Source: Octopus bimaculoides | Lineage: Eukaryota | Assembly (NCBI RefSeq): GCF_001194135.2 | Contig: NC_068984.1 | Coordinates: 31,975,958-32,039,886, forward strand | Direction of reading: 5' to 3' | Length of the DNA: 63,929 bases | Shown here: positions 14,454 to 28,584 of the stretch, one piece after another | Layout: each line of letters opens with the position of its first letter | How positions within the stretch are numbered: the stretch's first letter is position 1 | Program-made: the position numbers and the translations under genes | The notes under the pieces: model-generated | The model's database searches: none | Told to the model about the DNA's origin: nothing | The model's input: the letters and a program-made list of their open reading frames with translations, nothing else

Positions 14454-16083
14454 CGTTTTTCACTCTCCTGTCTTAGAAAGAACTTTTCCACCACCACCTC
14501 CTCTTCCGGTCCTTTCACAATGTAACCTCGTGGGCATCGGTGTCTTTACAAACTGTTTCATCAGTCCAAGCTTTATGTGCAAAGGAGGCAATAAGACATC
14601 ACGTGGATCTATAAGAGGTGTATTCTTGACGCTAGACAGTCCTGGCTGGTATGGTGTTCTTGCCTGCCAGCTTGATTCCGAATAATGTCTGTGAGTTGCC
14701 TAACTATCCCATAGACGCAAGAAACAACTGTGTTTTGTAAAACTTGACTGCCTTCCCATTAACATTCTAATGACTTTGAAATCTCCACATATTTTCCATG
14801 AGTATCTTTCATAGGTAATGGCATGAAGTAAAAGTTCCATTTTCTCATATGATTCATGAAGACGAACGGAGTATGTAATAGAAATGGAGGGCTTCAAATT
14901 ACCATTATGGAGAGGTACTGCTTTTAAACTTCGTTTACAAGAGTTAATAAACAAACGCCACTCTGCAGGATATGATTTTGTGATAAACATTCGAAAAGTC
15001 CATCGATATTACTGCAAAAGCAAAGCAGGCCTTCAATAGAAAAACACGTTCGTAGAACCACATTTCTTTGCCGAAAATAAGTTATACGAACACGTGGTCT
15101 AGCAGATACTTATCCTTTAGTCTTGATGCCAACAGTTCTGCATTATCTTTTGAGAGGGATAGGTCTCTGACATAATTTTCTGATGTTCAAAGTTATCATC
15201 ATCAGCCACGTAATCTCCCTCAGCAGCACTATCATGACAGTCAGCATCATCATCTAATGTTTCAATACCATCACCTGATGGAACTGGAATTGGCAGATTT
15301 CCATTGTGAAGCACAGGTCTTATTGCAGAATCCAAATTGGGATACACAATTTTGTATTTATTCATCATAGAAAATCCTGTGATATTTACTTTGCAAAAAT
15401 AACAGTCATTAAAATGGTCTTTTGGCTCCCTCCATATCAGTGGGATGGCAAAAGGCATGAACTGCTTATTGAACCAGTCACGTAAGCCATTTCAGAAAGT
15501 TGAACAGATAAATGTGGTGCCCATAACTTGTCCTAATCTCCAAGAGGACAGTCAAAGTATAGCTTATAAATATTCTTGATCTCTGGTATTATTGTATGTT
15601 TTTGAGCTTTCACAGTAAATTGTCCACAGTCATAAAACACATCATGACGATTTCTCCACTGTCTTGACATTGTTAACACTGTAAAACAAGTAAGGAAATA
15701 GATACAAACGGTTATGCTTATATTGAATTTGAGATGAAATATTTCTTCAGACCAATTATGACTGGACAATTTGAGATGTTGAAATACCTATTTCATCAGA
15801 CAAAACTTAATTGGTTAATTTAAGATGATGAAATATTGCATCTGAACTATGCTGCAACGAATAATGTGGTTTATGTTAAAGGTATGTTTCTATGAGGTAA
15901 ATGAAATACATACACGTCATTAAAAGGAATTTCTAAACAATGCATGAGCTAAAACCAAAAAACTTTCTCATCTTGAAAACTGTAAGTGATGCCAAAAATC
16001 TCATCGTTCATTTGAAATCAGCATTAAAAACTAAACTAAGTACACCTTGATATATGCTTGATGAAAAATACTTGTTGGCCAGT
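14454..16083 (-). mobile_element. DNA transposon remnant, Chapaev3-like (CMC group) transposase pseudogene with one intact end
   Basis: Ordered fragments: HDVFYDCGQFTVK..YKLYFDCPLGD, MPFAIPLIWREPKDHFNDCYFC, WKICGDFKV..GRQSSFTKHSCFLRLWDS, LLPPLHIKLGLMKQFVK. Terminus reads CACTG on the minus strand at 16083. Family name is from recalled motifs, not a search. Confidence 0.75.
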
Positions 16084-17758
16084 GTTATACATAAATAATA
16101 TGTGTGTGCGCGCGTGCGTGCATTCGTGTGTGTGTGTGTGTGTGTATGCATATATGAGTGCGTGCATATATGCGTATGTGTTTTAACGTTTTACATATAT
16201 ACTGAAATTATACATTTATACACATATTTACATTTTGCCTACATTTGTTTAAAGTGTCTGTTTTCTAAATTTATACCTAAATAAATAACTGAGTCAAGGG
16301 AATATGATCTGATGTTTGCATGTTATTCTCTCGTCGTTTTAATAGATAGCATGAAGAGACACGTCTCACTATCGTATGCAGCAAAATAACTGTGTAACTG
16401 ATGACCGCTATTAGTTTGTAACGCCAAGTTTAAATTTGTAGCCTAGTAAAGCTTAGAATTTATAACGTGATTCGCCCATGAACTTGTTAGAAAAGAAGGC
16501 CCACTTGGACATCTTCAGTGGTGTTCTTCGTAGATTTTTCTCACAATCTATCGTCATAAAGACAGAAAATCAACATGCTATTGTTTTCTTTCTCCTTCAG
16601 ATTGATCAGCTGATCCATCAGTTCCTCATTTACTATTTGAAAAAAGTGTGTACTTCATGCTGTTCCAGAAAAAGATGACCTCCCACTTCTGTGTCTTATT
16701 TGACTTCAATTTTAACCTGTTTTTTTCTTTTCTTTTTTTTTCTTCCCTGCTTTACTAATTTTTTGGTTACTTTTATCCATCCTCTATTTCCTCTCCATCA
16801 TCACAAAATTAGCGAGAAGTGCTTGAACCCCTTAACTTTAAGTTCGTAGGAAAGGCTCCGCAGTTGTCTTCCATTTTACTATTTCTTTTTCTAGATCTGC
16901 TCAGTAAAATTTTTCTAGAGGTTCTTATTGCTATATGCAAAGGAAATGAACTTTGTACTCTACACCAACTGCTTAATTGCTTTACTTTCTAACCCCACAA
17001 TGGGTACAATTTCGAGAAAACCATTTGGTTTTAAAGGATAATCAGGTTTTGTCTGTCCATACATAAACTCACTCAACTACACATTGTTTCATGTCACCCC
17101 GATGAGCACAACTAACTCTTTTACAGGCACCATTACAAATGCCCTTAGTCATGATTCTTGTATTCCGTTATCCCATATATTGTTATACAAGTTTGTAAAA
17201 CTGTATGCTCATCAAGTTTTCCTCCGTTTTTGTTAAACTTTCGTACGTTCCCCCACTGGTTATAAAATATGTTTTATATTACACACTGACCAAGGTTGCT
17301 TCCACAAAATCTTTTGGGTGCAATTGAAAGCTGCCTTCTTCACATTTAACAAACGGGAAATGTGTTACTTGAATTTTCGTTCATTTGTATACGTATTTCT
17401 TGAGAAACACGATGTTTCCTTGTAGCATAACACTCTCCATGTTTCCCCCTCTGAAAGTCATTCTATATCAAGGATGTATGTCTGAATAGCAATGCAAGGA
17501 AAATGCCTGAATCTTTTGGCATTTGTTTGTTTGCCCAAACGTATTAATTTTTTTATGTTTCCTTTTTGTTTGTTCTTTTATTCAAAATCTGTTACGATTT
17601 TCACAATTTATATCAAATGTTTCGTGGGTTGTATCCTTTGTTCCAACGTTTGTGGCAAAACCATTTTGCTACTAATTCCAAGAAAGAAAATGCCTTAAAT
17701 TGTAAACAACAAGCTGTTTGTGGAAATATCTTTGTAGTTTTGTCACAAGGTCAGCAAT

Positions 17759-18105
17759 TTTTAGGGAGGAGTAAGTCGATTACATCAACCTCGGTACTCA
17801 ACTAGTACTTTTATCAGTCCCAAAAGGATGTGAGGCAAGGTCTTCCGTTGCAAAATTTGAACTCGGAATGTAAAGATCCAGATGGAATTCTACAAACAGT
17901 TATCCGATACGGTAACTGTTCTGTCAGCTCATTAGATTAATAAGAATGATGATGATCCTTTCTGTTATAGACACAAGGCCAGAATTTGTTGGGGAGAGGC
18001 TAACAGATTAGATTAACTCAATGCTCACATGAAACTAATTTTTTCAACCCCAAACGGATTAAAGATAAAGTTAATCTCGGCGGAATTTAACTCAGAACGT
18101 AAACC
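17759..18105 (-). mobile_element. Two decayed SINE family A copies
   Basis: Homologous to the clean copy at 48604-48812 (AAGTCGATTACATC.ACC, GGAATTT.AACTC.GAA). Confidence 0.8.
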
Positions 18106-18117
18106 TGAAAAAAAAAA

Positions 18118-18217
18118 TGTGGCTGTGTAGTAAGTAGCTTACTTACCAACCATATGGTTCCGGGTTCAGCCCCACTGTGTGGCACCTTGGGCAAGTGTTT
18201 TCTACTATAACCTCGAC
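18118..18217 (+). mobile_element. SINE family B 5' part
   Basis: TGGCTGTGTAGTAAG A-box-like, GGGTTCAGCCC B-box-like, GGCACCTTGGGCAAGTG CORE-like. Confidence 0.85.
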
Positions 18218-19266
18218 TTTCTCTGTAATGGTCAATGCGATGATCACACGCTGCACACCTTCCTTCCAAACACTGCTGTGGACAGCAGAAGTGAGCTAGA
18301 ACGTTAAAACTTAGTGCACCTGCACAACAGCGTTTAAGGTGAATCTATACTGAGCAGCTTTACTCTGCATACTTTAGCTTCGTTACCATGACAACAATTC
18401 GGATACTTATTGATCAGACCATGTATATTGAATATAACAGAGCAGTCATTGTTCATGACACTTGTAAACAAGTAAGCTTAATGTAATTCATTTTCCGTTG
18501 AAATTAACTGCAGGTCAACACCCATAGGAAAGATATGGAAATGGAGAAGATTCCTCAGGATCAATGATGCTCTGGAAAGAAAGGACTGAACATGTTTGTT
18601 AGTGGGGGTACAAGATGAATAAACTCACCAAGCGAGAGATGAAAGTTCGACAGAAGTTTGCATTAGGGATTTCTGAGTGTTGGAGATATGTGATCAATTA
18701 TTTTCAGGGAAAGGAAGCCTTCTCTTATAATAATGATATAAATTAAAGAGACTGGAGACAGCACATCTCTAGGCTGGAGGGTGGATTGTGTTCGTTACTG
18801 AGTGAATACGAATTAGTCGAGTGACCCTTCTCTGAACGTACTCTCCGATGTCTATGTACGCAGCAGTCGCACTATCCCAGAGTATTAATCCACTATAGGA
18901 ATCATTTGAAGTTTATAGTATGTTAATAGCTGCTACTGTTTAAAATATTTTCTGGCATACTCGGTGGTAGTGATTCTCAGCACTCATAGTGCTATGGCTC
19001 TAAACGAGTGCCACTAATGTCTAGTGGGAGTTGGGTGCATTGATGCTTTCGTGTAAGTGTAGTGCTTGAGTATTTTGACTGTAAAGGGACTGTAAAGCTG
19101 CTGTGTACCCCATTGACAGGTGCTCTCGTTGCCTCGGTTGATGGAATCAACGATGTTTGGCCTGTAGTCTCTACGTTGCATACAAAGAATGAATAGATGG
19201 AGAAAGTTTGAGAGGATTGAAATGTTCTGCCCTGTGGATAACAGTGGGCATTGTTATATATATTTA

Positions 19267-19323
<57 letters not shown>

Positions 19324-19810
19324 TGCTTCTTCGCATGCACGTATGTATTTATACAAATTATAAAATATTTCTCCTGGTAAAAGTATTCATATGAATTTAT
19401 TAATTACATTTATATACAAAATTATATTTATTTAACCATTCGCTTTGATACTCCTACAGAAATGAATTAGTTTGTGTTGNNNNNNNNNNNNNNNNNNNNN
19501 NNNNNNNNNNNNNNNNNNNNNNNNNNNNNNNNNNNNNNNNNNNNNNNNNNNNNNNNNNNNNNNNNNNNNNNNNNNNNNNNNNNNNNNNNNNNNNNNNNNN
19601 NNNNNNNNNNNNNNNNNNNNNNNNNNNNNNNNNNNNNNNNNNNNNNNNNNNNNNNNNNNNNNNNNNNNNNNNNNNNNNNNNNNNNNNNNNNNNNNNNNNN
19701 NNNNNNNNNNNNNNNNNNNNNNNNNNNNNNNNNNNNNNNNNNNNNNNNNNNNNNNNNNNNNNNNNNNNNNNNNNNNNNNNNNNNNNNNNNNNNNNNNNNN
19801 NNNNNNNNNN

Positions 19811-19893
<83 letters not shown>

Positions 19894-20651
19894 GTGTGTG
19901 TGTATGTATGTATGTATGTATATATATATATATATATAAACTGCAATGCAACATTTTAAATTAAAGATTGTATGTGGGTGTGTGGGTGTAGGTATGTATG
20001 TAAACTAAACACAAATCTGAGTTAAATAATAGAGAAAAGCCTCAAATTATCAATAATAATCATAATAACACTTTAACAAAGGAAATGAAAATTTATTTAC
20101 TTAAATTGTATAAAATTATATTGCAAAGTTATTCATTGTAGAATCTGAGAGATGTAGCAAAAGTTGTAACCCAAGTTAATAACATGCAATTATTTTCATA
20201 ATATTTGCTGTTGCAAGTGAAAGGTATATTTAAATACGGCTTACTAATTACATACAAAGTTAGATGTATAAACTTAAATAATGTTAATGTATTTGGACAA
20301 GATGCAGTATATATATAAACTATTATGTGTTGAATAAGTAAATAAAATATGAAAATAAAGATTGATATAAATTCCTTTAGAAGATTAATAGCTTGATATC
20401 TTGCTCTGTAATTATAAAATATAACTATATAATACACGCATACACATACACATAAAGACACACACACACACACACCTAATTATACATGTATAAGGAAACA
20501 AAAACATTATTCCTTCATCAAATGAATCGTGGTTAAATCCAACTTTTATGGAACAATCGCGATAGACATCCGTACACTCCAACACACATAATAATAACAC
20601 TAAAACTAATAGTATAACAACAATCATTAATAATGGTTTCAAATTTTATAA

Positions 20652-21258
20652 CAAGAGCAGCCATTTTGGGGAAGGGGATAAGTCGATTACATCGACCCCC
20701 ACTGGTACTTTATTTGTCGACCTCGACGAAATTTGAACTTATTACGTAGTGACGGGTGAAATACCGCTAAGCATTTTGCCCAGCATGCTAACGATTCAGC
20801 CAGCTCACCGCCTTAACAGCAATAATTAATAATAGTTTCCAATTTGTCACAAAACCAGCAATTTTGTGGGGATAGGAGTAGTATATACCATCGACCCCAG
20901 TGCTCTATTGGTACTTTATTTTATCGCCCTCGGTGGGATGAAAAGCAAAGTTGACTCTCGCAGAATTTTGAATTCAAAACGTAATGAATCAAAGAAATTA
21001 TGCTAAAACATTGCACTCAACGTGCTGAGGATTCTGCCAGCTAGCTATGTTAATAATTTTTTCTAATTCTTCCAGAAGATCATCGATTTTGCGGGAAGGG
21101 GAAGTCAATTACATTAACCTATGTGCCCAACTTATACTTACATTATTGTCCTCTAAAAGATGAAAGGTAAAGACGATCTTGGTGACATTTGAGACGGGTG
21201 AAATGTTGTTAAATAATTTTGCCTGATTCTGGAACGATTTCACCAGTTTACCAACTTA
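20652..21258 (-). mobile_element. Three head-to-tail SINE family A copies
   Basis: Each matches 48604-48812; separated by short AAT-rich spacers. Confidence 0.85.
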
Positions 21259-21299
21259 ATAATAATTCTTTCTTCTATAGGTACAAAGTTTAAACAATA

Positions 21300-23030
21300 A
21301 ATAAATGACAGAGTTCCAATCAGGGGCAACACATGCTTTCTAGTAACCCCGGTAAACAAGGACACTCCAAGATGGCACTTCTCTCCTCCCCATCTCCTCC
21401 AGTTTACAAGCATATGCTCTGAGTAGGCCCATTCTCACGGAACACCCTCACAGCATTCATCTACATTTCAAGTGGGGCAACATTTACCTCTTTACCTTCA
21501 ATTTCCTTTTCAAGTGAAACTTTGAAAAGTCGAAGAGCAAAGTAATTCGCCCACCACACTACTTCATTTGTCATCGCCACCAGACTGAGGAAAATACCTT
21601 CCTTTTCCTCGTCCAAAAGAAGGCATAGCGATCTTCACGGTGGACGCGGCTGATAACCGGATCTGTCTTACATGCGACAACAGCTGTTTGACAAAGCTCC
21701 ACAAGTCAACAATACCTGGACACAGGACGAATGCTTGGAACATGGTTCATCGCCTAGCGCATATCACGGAGAAGCCCATCTGACAGCCCTTCCATGTTTG
21801 TAGAGCTTGTCTCGAACTTGTAAAGCACAACCCTCTCTCGGTAGCACAGCTAGGCCATGGTTTCTGGAAACTATCTATAGGCCCCAGCCCAAAAGTTATC
21901 GGTGAATGAATATCTCCTGAGGACCTCATTACTCTTTCCTGCCAATGATCCCCTATAGAACTCCAATGTGGAACTTTTAACAACGTCATTGCCTGACTGG
22001 CAGAGTGCTGTGAGCGCTTGCCGACACTACATGTGTCAAATGCCTTTTCAGTGTATACTTCACCCAGGATTGCAGATCCGTCAATAAAAAGAATTGTGGA
22101 AACTTCCGTCTGACAAACGACAACCACATCACACCATCAACGAAATATTGGAGCTGTCGCAACTCAGCGTATGTCTGTGAATTATTAGCCATGGCCAGCC
22201 TTCCTCATAGTGGTTACTCACAGCAAGAAGCTGTCCCCTTCACAGGAAGCAGATGTATAAGTGCTCCAGTATGATCAAAGACGAAGCTGAGCAAGGGACA
22301 ACAGTCAGGCAGTAGTAGATGACGGAAATGACCTTTCAGGAACAGCTTCATCTCACTCCATTTCTGGGTGAGACTGGCCACTCTACTTGTCAACTCTCAC
22401 TTCAGTTCTTGTCCACCTGGTGATCCAGACCAAATAAGACCCCAAGCAATTTAACCGATCCTTCCATACAGCGTCTACGACGTTGTCGGCTGGCATGGAC
22501 CCGCCAGTCCAGGTCCCGAGCTGCAGACTCACCGACTTCTCCAGGTTAATATTTGCTCCTATTTGCTTCATACTCTCTTGGAGTAATGCTCATCATGTTC
22601 TGAGATGTCCGACACTATTACAGGGCCGTCGTCTGCATAAGCCGACATGAACCTTTTCTATCCTAATTCATGCTGGATGCACTTCAAAACATCCAACGTC
22701 TGTAGCAACGGCTCGAAAACAAGTATGTACAGAAGGACCGAACGTGCTATGCTAAAAGAATCCGATAGGTGGCCATTCACTTTCACCACCTAACAGATAT
22801 CACTGTACTTTGCAGAGATCCTACTTCTGAAAATGGGAACGAAACTGGCCGCAGAGAAGATAACCTCCAAGTATTGGTGGCCAGCCCCATCAAATGTTTT
22901 TATTTGATCCACTGGAAATTATCCCGTTCTGCTGCCTGTTGTAGTAGACATCCGTGAAAGATCACCGAATAAGTGTCATATGATGATAATGCTCGAAGAG
23001 CAGACCATCCAGCCCCGGAGACTTTTCTCT
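21300..23030 (-). mobile_element. Tx1/L1-clade LINE ORF2 3' remnant (RT plus C-terminal Zn knuckle), pseudogenised
   Basis: Fragments DQ.K.FD...HQYLEV, VKVNGHLSDSFSIARSV, SAYADD, GANINLEKSVSLQLGTW, and a downstream C..C/H..C-type region near 21700-21770. Confidence 0.88.
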
Positions 23031-23034
23031 TGTG

Positions 23035-23378
23035 CAGCTAGTCATCGTATATGAACAGAAGTAGTGGGGGGAGCATCACAGCTATGCGTTGAGAGGAAGT
23101 ATCTCTGGAAAGATGGGTGCTTCATTCAACATCCTTAAACAAACCTTATTCGGGGACCTTTTGAGTGGGATAGGCTACTCAATCTAAAGAAAATTCTAAC
23201 TGGACCACACATGCAAGGTCATGCGCTGTTTATCTTGATATAAGATCACCATGTTGCACACATATGGTTGTGATGCATGCACCTGCTGTACCCTTATCAA
23301 ACGGGTGGTTATGATGGGTATACTGGGCTTCATATATTTTACCCCAATGTCACTTTGAGGGCATGCACTGCTCTCTCA
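23035..23378 (-). repeat. Interspersed repeat family D (second copy at 56005-56345 on +)
   Basis: Reverse complement aligns with 56005-56345 (TCATATCAA.ATAAA..G..CATGACCTTGCA.GTG, GAATAAGG.TTGTTTAAG.ATG.TGA). Confidence 0.75.
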
Positions 23379-23380
23379 CT

Positions 23381-23415
<35 letters not shown>

Positions 23416-23429
23416 TTACTTTCTACTAC

Positions 23430-23615
23430 AGGCACAAGACCCGAGATTTTAGATTAGGAGTGAGTTAATTACATTGACCCCTGTGCTCAAATGGTACTTC
23501 TTTTATTGACTCAGAGATGCAAAGTTGAACTCAGTAAAATTTGAACTCATGATAGATGAAATGCTGCTAAGCATTTTGTTTGGCATGCTAACAGTTCTGC
23601 TAGCTTGGGGCCTTA
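23430..23615 (-). mobile_element. SINE family A copy
   Basis: Homology to 48604-48812; flanked by (AAT)n. Confidence 0.8.
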
Positions 23616-24935
23616 GCAATAATAATAATAATGGTAATAGTAATAATAATGATAATAAATTTTAACATAGACTAGTATTGAATATTTACTTTCGCATTAG
23701 ATGTACAATTCCTACTGTTGGAGAGAGGTGGACTTTAGTGTTGAGGAAATATGTACCAGTAATTAGACTGCAGCCATGCTGAAGCACTGCCTTGGATTAT
23801 TTTGAATTGAATGAATTAACCCCAGAGTTCTGTTAGGATTCGCATTTCCCATTTACATTGTATCAGTTTTAGTCCTTGCTCTTGTAGGCAGCTTGCTATT
23901 GCAGATCCTCTTGGAATCCACATCACTCCTGTGCAGAGTTTGGTTTCATTTTGCTGCACTCCGTGTTGGATTGCCTTCAATGCGGCTGAAGTACCATATC
24001 TGAAGGCACTTTACACACATAGTAACTCTCACGTTACCATACATTATAATGTTGAGTGGCTTATTTGAAGTAATAATGGATAACCATAGATGTGGGCCTG
24101 AGAGTATTCCAACTATTCAGCTTCTTAGCAATCAGACTTGTTTGTAAGACATGACAGTGTTTCTAGTTTAAGTAAATAAATGATTATTATATCTGTCTTG
24201 TTATCTACAATAATCTGTGATCTTGCCATTATCACAATGAGCTCTGGAGAACACAAGAAGAGAAAAGTAATGTAAAACAAACAAACAAATAACATAGCAC
24301 AACAAATAGCATAGTACAACATAGCAGAGCACAATATGGGTTGCCTGTTGACTTTGTCTTTAGAGACTAACAAAAAAAGCGAGAGAGTGAGAAAGCTGTT
24401 TAGAACTGAAAGAGAAAAATAAGTAGTTTAAATAGATAAATAAATAATTATTATCTTACCTAAATTTAAATTCATGTCTCTTCTTTACTATCCGTAATAA
24501 TCAGTTATATTATCATTTATCAAAATGGTTTGGCATAATGCATACAAAGAAAGATATAAGCTAACAAACAGACAAACAATTTTTGATGTGTCTTTGCTGC
24601 CTGTGGGCATAGTTATGAGAGGAAAGATGAAAAGAAATAAAAAGAAAGGTAGTTAGTTATAGCTGAGAGAAAGAAAGTCTAATTAAAATAAATATATAAA
24701 TAATTATTGTCTTAGATTAATTTAATTTCATGTCTGTATGCTGCTATCCATACTAATCTGAGATATCTCATACATACATACACACATACATGTGTGTATG
24801 CATATATATATATAATGTATATATATACATACATACACATATATATATGCATACATATATATATATGTATGTATGTATATATATACATACATATATACAT
24901 ATATACACATATATATACATATATACACATATATA

Positions 24936-24975
<40 letters not shown>

Positions 24976-25391
24976 NNNNNNNNNNNNNNNNNNNNNNNNN
25001 NNNNNNNNNNNNNNNNNNNNNNNNNNNNNNNNNNNNNNNNNNNNNNNNNNNNNNNNNNNNNNNNNNNNNNNNNNNNNNNNNNNNNNNNNNNNNNNNNNNN
25101 NNNNNNNNNNNNNNNNNNNNNNNNNNNNNNNNNNNNNNNNNNNNNNNNNNNNNNNNNNNNNNNNNNNNNNNNNNNNNNNNNNNNNNNNNNNNNNNNNNNN
25201 NNNNNNNNNNNNNNNNNNNNNNNNNNNNNNNNNNNNNNNNNNNNNNNNNNNNNNNNNNNNNNNNNNNNNNNNNNNNNNNNNNNNNNNNNNNNNNNNNNNN
25301 NNNNNNNNNNNNNNNNNNNNNNNNNTATATATATATATATATACATATATAAATATATAAGTGTTGCATTATGTACACACACATGCTCACA

Positions 25392-25431
<40 letters not shown>

Positions 25432-25730
25432 TTGATATATATGCACTCAAACAGATGTGCTATGCACAAACTCATTTGCATTAATGCATACTGGCAAAAA
25501 GCAGACACACACACACACACGTGTGTGGCTGTGTGTGCATACATATATGTATGTAAGCAAGTATGTATAAAATATGAATAGCAAATATATATATAGCCTA
25601 TTTATTACATCTATTCAGTCGCTTCAGTTACAATTTTATGCCACATGTAGACACTAAAAAAAGAATGCACACACACACACACACCAACACAGACACTCAT
25701 ACAGTCCTACATACAAATAGATGCACGTGT

Positions 25731-25768
<38 letters not shown>

Positions 25769-26377
25769 TCACACACACGCATACAGGCATGCACACACAC
25801 GTATACATATTTCAATAGTACAATTTATGAAATAACTATGTTTACAACATGAAAGCATGGTATAACAAGAGAACAAAACAAAAGACATGAAAATATGCTG
25901 GAAGCTATTTACTTGACATAAGTATTTTTAGATTTGCTTATGTTGTGTGGTTTCTTCATGTTAGGAATCGATCTATAAACATATTGATTATGGCTCAGTT
26001 TTTATTTGTGTTTGTTTTTTATGATCTTTGTGTTCTTTTTCTGTATTTTTAAAGTTATATTTTTTATTTTTATTTTCAAAAACATTCACATTAATAAAAA
26101 TTCATTATTTCCAATTCATTCAAGCAAAATATTAATGAAAAATGGAATATACGAATATTGTACATTTTGGTGATATATATATATATATATATATATAATG
26201 TATGTATGTATATACATTGTATATACATATATTTTTATGTGTGTGTATATATGTATATATGTATACATGTATGCATATTTATATAACAAGAGAACGATAT
26301 ATATCTATATGTTGTTCTCTTGCTATATATATATGTATGTATATATATATATATATATATAAGTGCATATATATATA

Positions 26378-26489
26378 TAAGTATATATATATATAAGTAT
26401 ATATAAATATAAGTATATATACATATATAAGTATATATAAATATAAGTATATATACATATATATAAGTATATATAAATATAAGTATATA
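26378..26489. repeat. About 16-bp minisatellite alternating ATAAGTATATATAAAT / ATAAGTATATATACAT
   Basis: Directly visible, runs into a gap. Confidence 0.9.
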
Positions 26490-26765
26490 NNNNNNNNNNN
26501 NNNNNNNNNNNNNNNNNNNNNNNNNNNNNNNNNNNNNNNNNNNNNNNNNNNNNNNNNNNNNNNNNNNNNNNNNNNNNNNNNNNNNNNNNNNNNNNNNNNN
26601 NNNNNNNNNNNNNNNNNNNNNNNNNNNNNNNNNNNNNNNNNNNNNNNNNNNNNNNNNNNNNNNNNNNNNNNNNNNNNNNNNNNNNNNNNNNNNNNNNNNN
26701 NNNNNNNNNNNNNNNNNNNNNNNNNNNNNNNNNNNNNNNNNNNNNNNNNNNNNNNNNNNNNNNNN

Positions 26766-26796
<31 letters not shown>

Positions 26797-27042
26797 ATGT
26801 ATGTATATATGCATATATACATTCTCACACAGAGTTAGAGAAGGAGGTATAGACAAATAAATAAGAGAGATAGCAAATTTCAGATGCAGACTATGAGAAG
26901 TTAAGATAGCAAAATAAAGTGACTAAATAACTATGTCTGTGTATTTGCAAATTATTGATATATATAATCAAAGTAAGCTAATCAGAATCTATAGAATTAT
27001 ATAATATACATAGAGTCAGAAGTGTGTGTTTATATGTACATT

Positions 27043-27085
<43 letters not shown>

Positions 27086-28543
27086 GCACATATGTATGTA
27101 TAAGAGAGAGAGCGAGAGAGATTTACATACACATATATTTATGTTCATGCAGACATATATGTATGTATGTATGTATGTATATTTGTATGTATTGAAAGTA
27201 AAAGATTGTTGCAATGGAAATCAAAGTTATCTAAGTGAATTCCATAAAATATTGTTTATAATACAGAAGAGACAGCAAGTAACATATAAGAATTCTAACT
27301 AACTGGATAAACTACATATCTCTTTAAATGAGGATGTCTGCATACATTTTTCTAACATTTAGTTCTAAACATTAATCATTTAATATCTATTTACTTTTTT
27401 TTTCTGAAGGTTTACATTTGTGCCTTAATCTTACTTTCAAATTCTTCTTTTCACTTTGAAGATTAACATTTTAACATTATATATTCTGTTTACTATCCAG
27501 TCCTTTTTTTAGGTCCTGAAGGCAAAATACATGTTCAGATATGTTTGTTTTGTGTGTGAGAGTGTGTGGTGCAAGATCTTGGCGTCCAGGTAGCTATATT
27601 TTCCAAATACTTTTTAAACTAGTATGTGCTTACCACAAAATAGTAGTTCTTTTTGTAATTCCTGTTATGATATAAATTTACAAAACATATATAATTTTTT
27701 TATATCAATCTTTTGTTTGTTCCCTGCATAAAACCAAGCATTCTCATTTTAAATATTGCTAGTTTGGACAGATTCTATATTTAGCAGGATTTCTTTGGCA
27801 GACGCCATTATAACCATCATGTACTTTACAGGGGGTGTGATTCTTGCATTTTATAGCTTGAGCATCTGTGCATTTTGGGTAGGATAATTACTGCAAAGTG
27901 TTTTTCCTTAAAACAAACTACTTTATTACCTATGTCTACAACTGATGTGTCATTCCTACACAATGTTGCCAGACATATTATAGAGAGAAGAAGCTACACT
28001 TCATCATGGCACCTATACTAGAGTGGTTCCTTTGTCCCAAGCAAAGTTCAGAAGTTCTCTGTATGAATTATTGTCTTCTTTCAGTAGAACCAGAGGTTTC
28101 TTTTATTTTGACAAGATGAGAGAGGGAGGGGGAGAAAGATGAAAGTCTGTCATGAATGGTAGAGTAAGTAATTGGAGAGTGTACACACACACACACACAC
28201 ACATATTGTACAATACAAACAAGAAGATGGTGTTTAGCTTAATGTCAAAGCACTTAGCTGGTGTCTTGAGGGACGTGGGTTCATGTCCCATGGCTGTTTG
28301 TAGACAAATCTTTCCATTTTGTAAGAGTATTTTACCCAGTATTTCTTCTTTTCTAATAGCAACTCTGTATTCAAAAACATATCATCATCTTGTTTGTATC
28401 ATACAATATACATATCACACTTCTAATAAAAGAAAATGTTAGTTTATTTATATTTATGCACACACACATATATGTATTGTCTATATACAGACACACAAAT
28501 ACACACACACATATATATGTATGTATATATATGTGTGTGTGTG

Positions 28544-28584
<41 letters not shown>

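Noticed and set aside
12260-14476. 738-aa ORF and other long ORFs spanning N-runs (also 19454-19959, 24712-25581, 26235-26856, 41265-41980, 45818-46359)
   Set aside because: Open only because of N-gaps and (CA)n/(TA)n repeats; not genes.
16330-17480. Possible decayed LTR-retrotransposon or LINE coding relic on the minus strand
   Set aside because: No motif could be read unambiguously; left unassigned.
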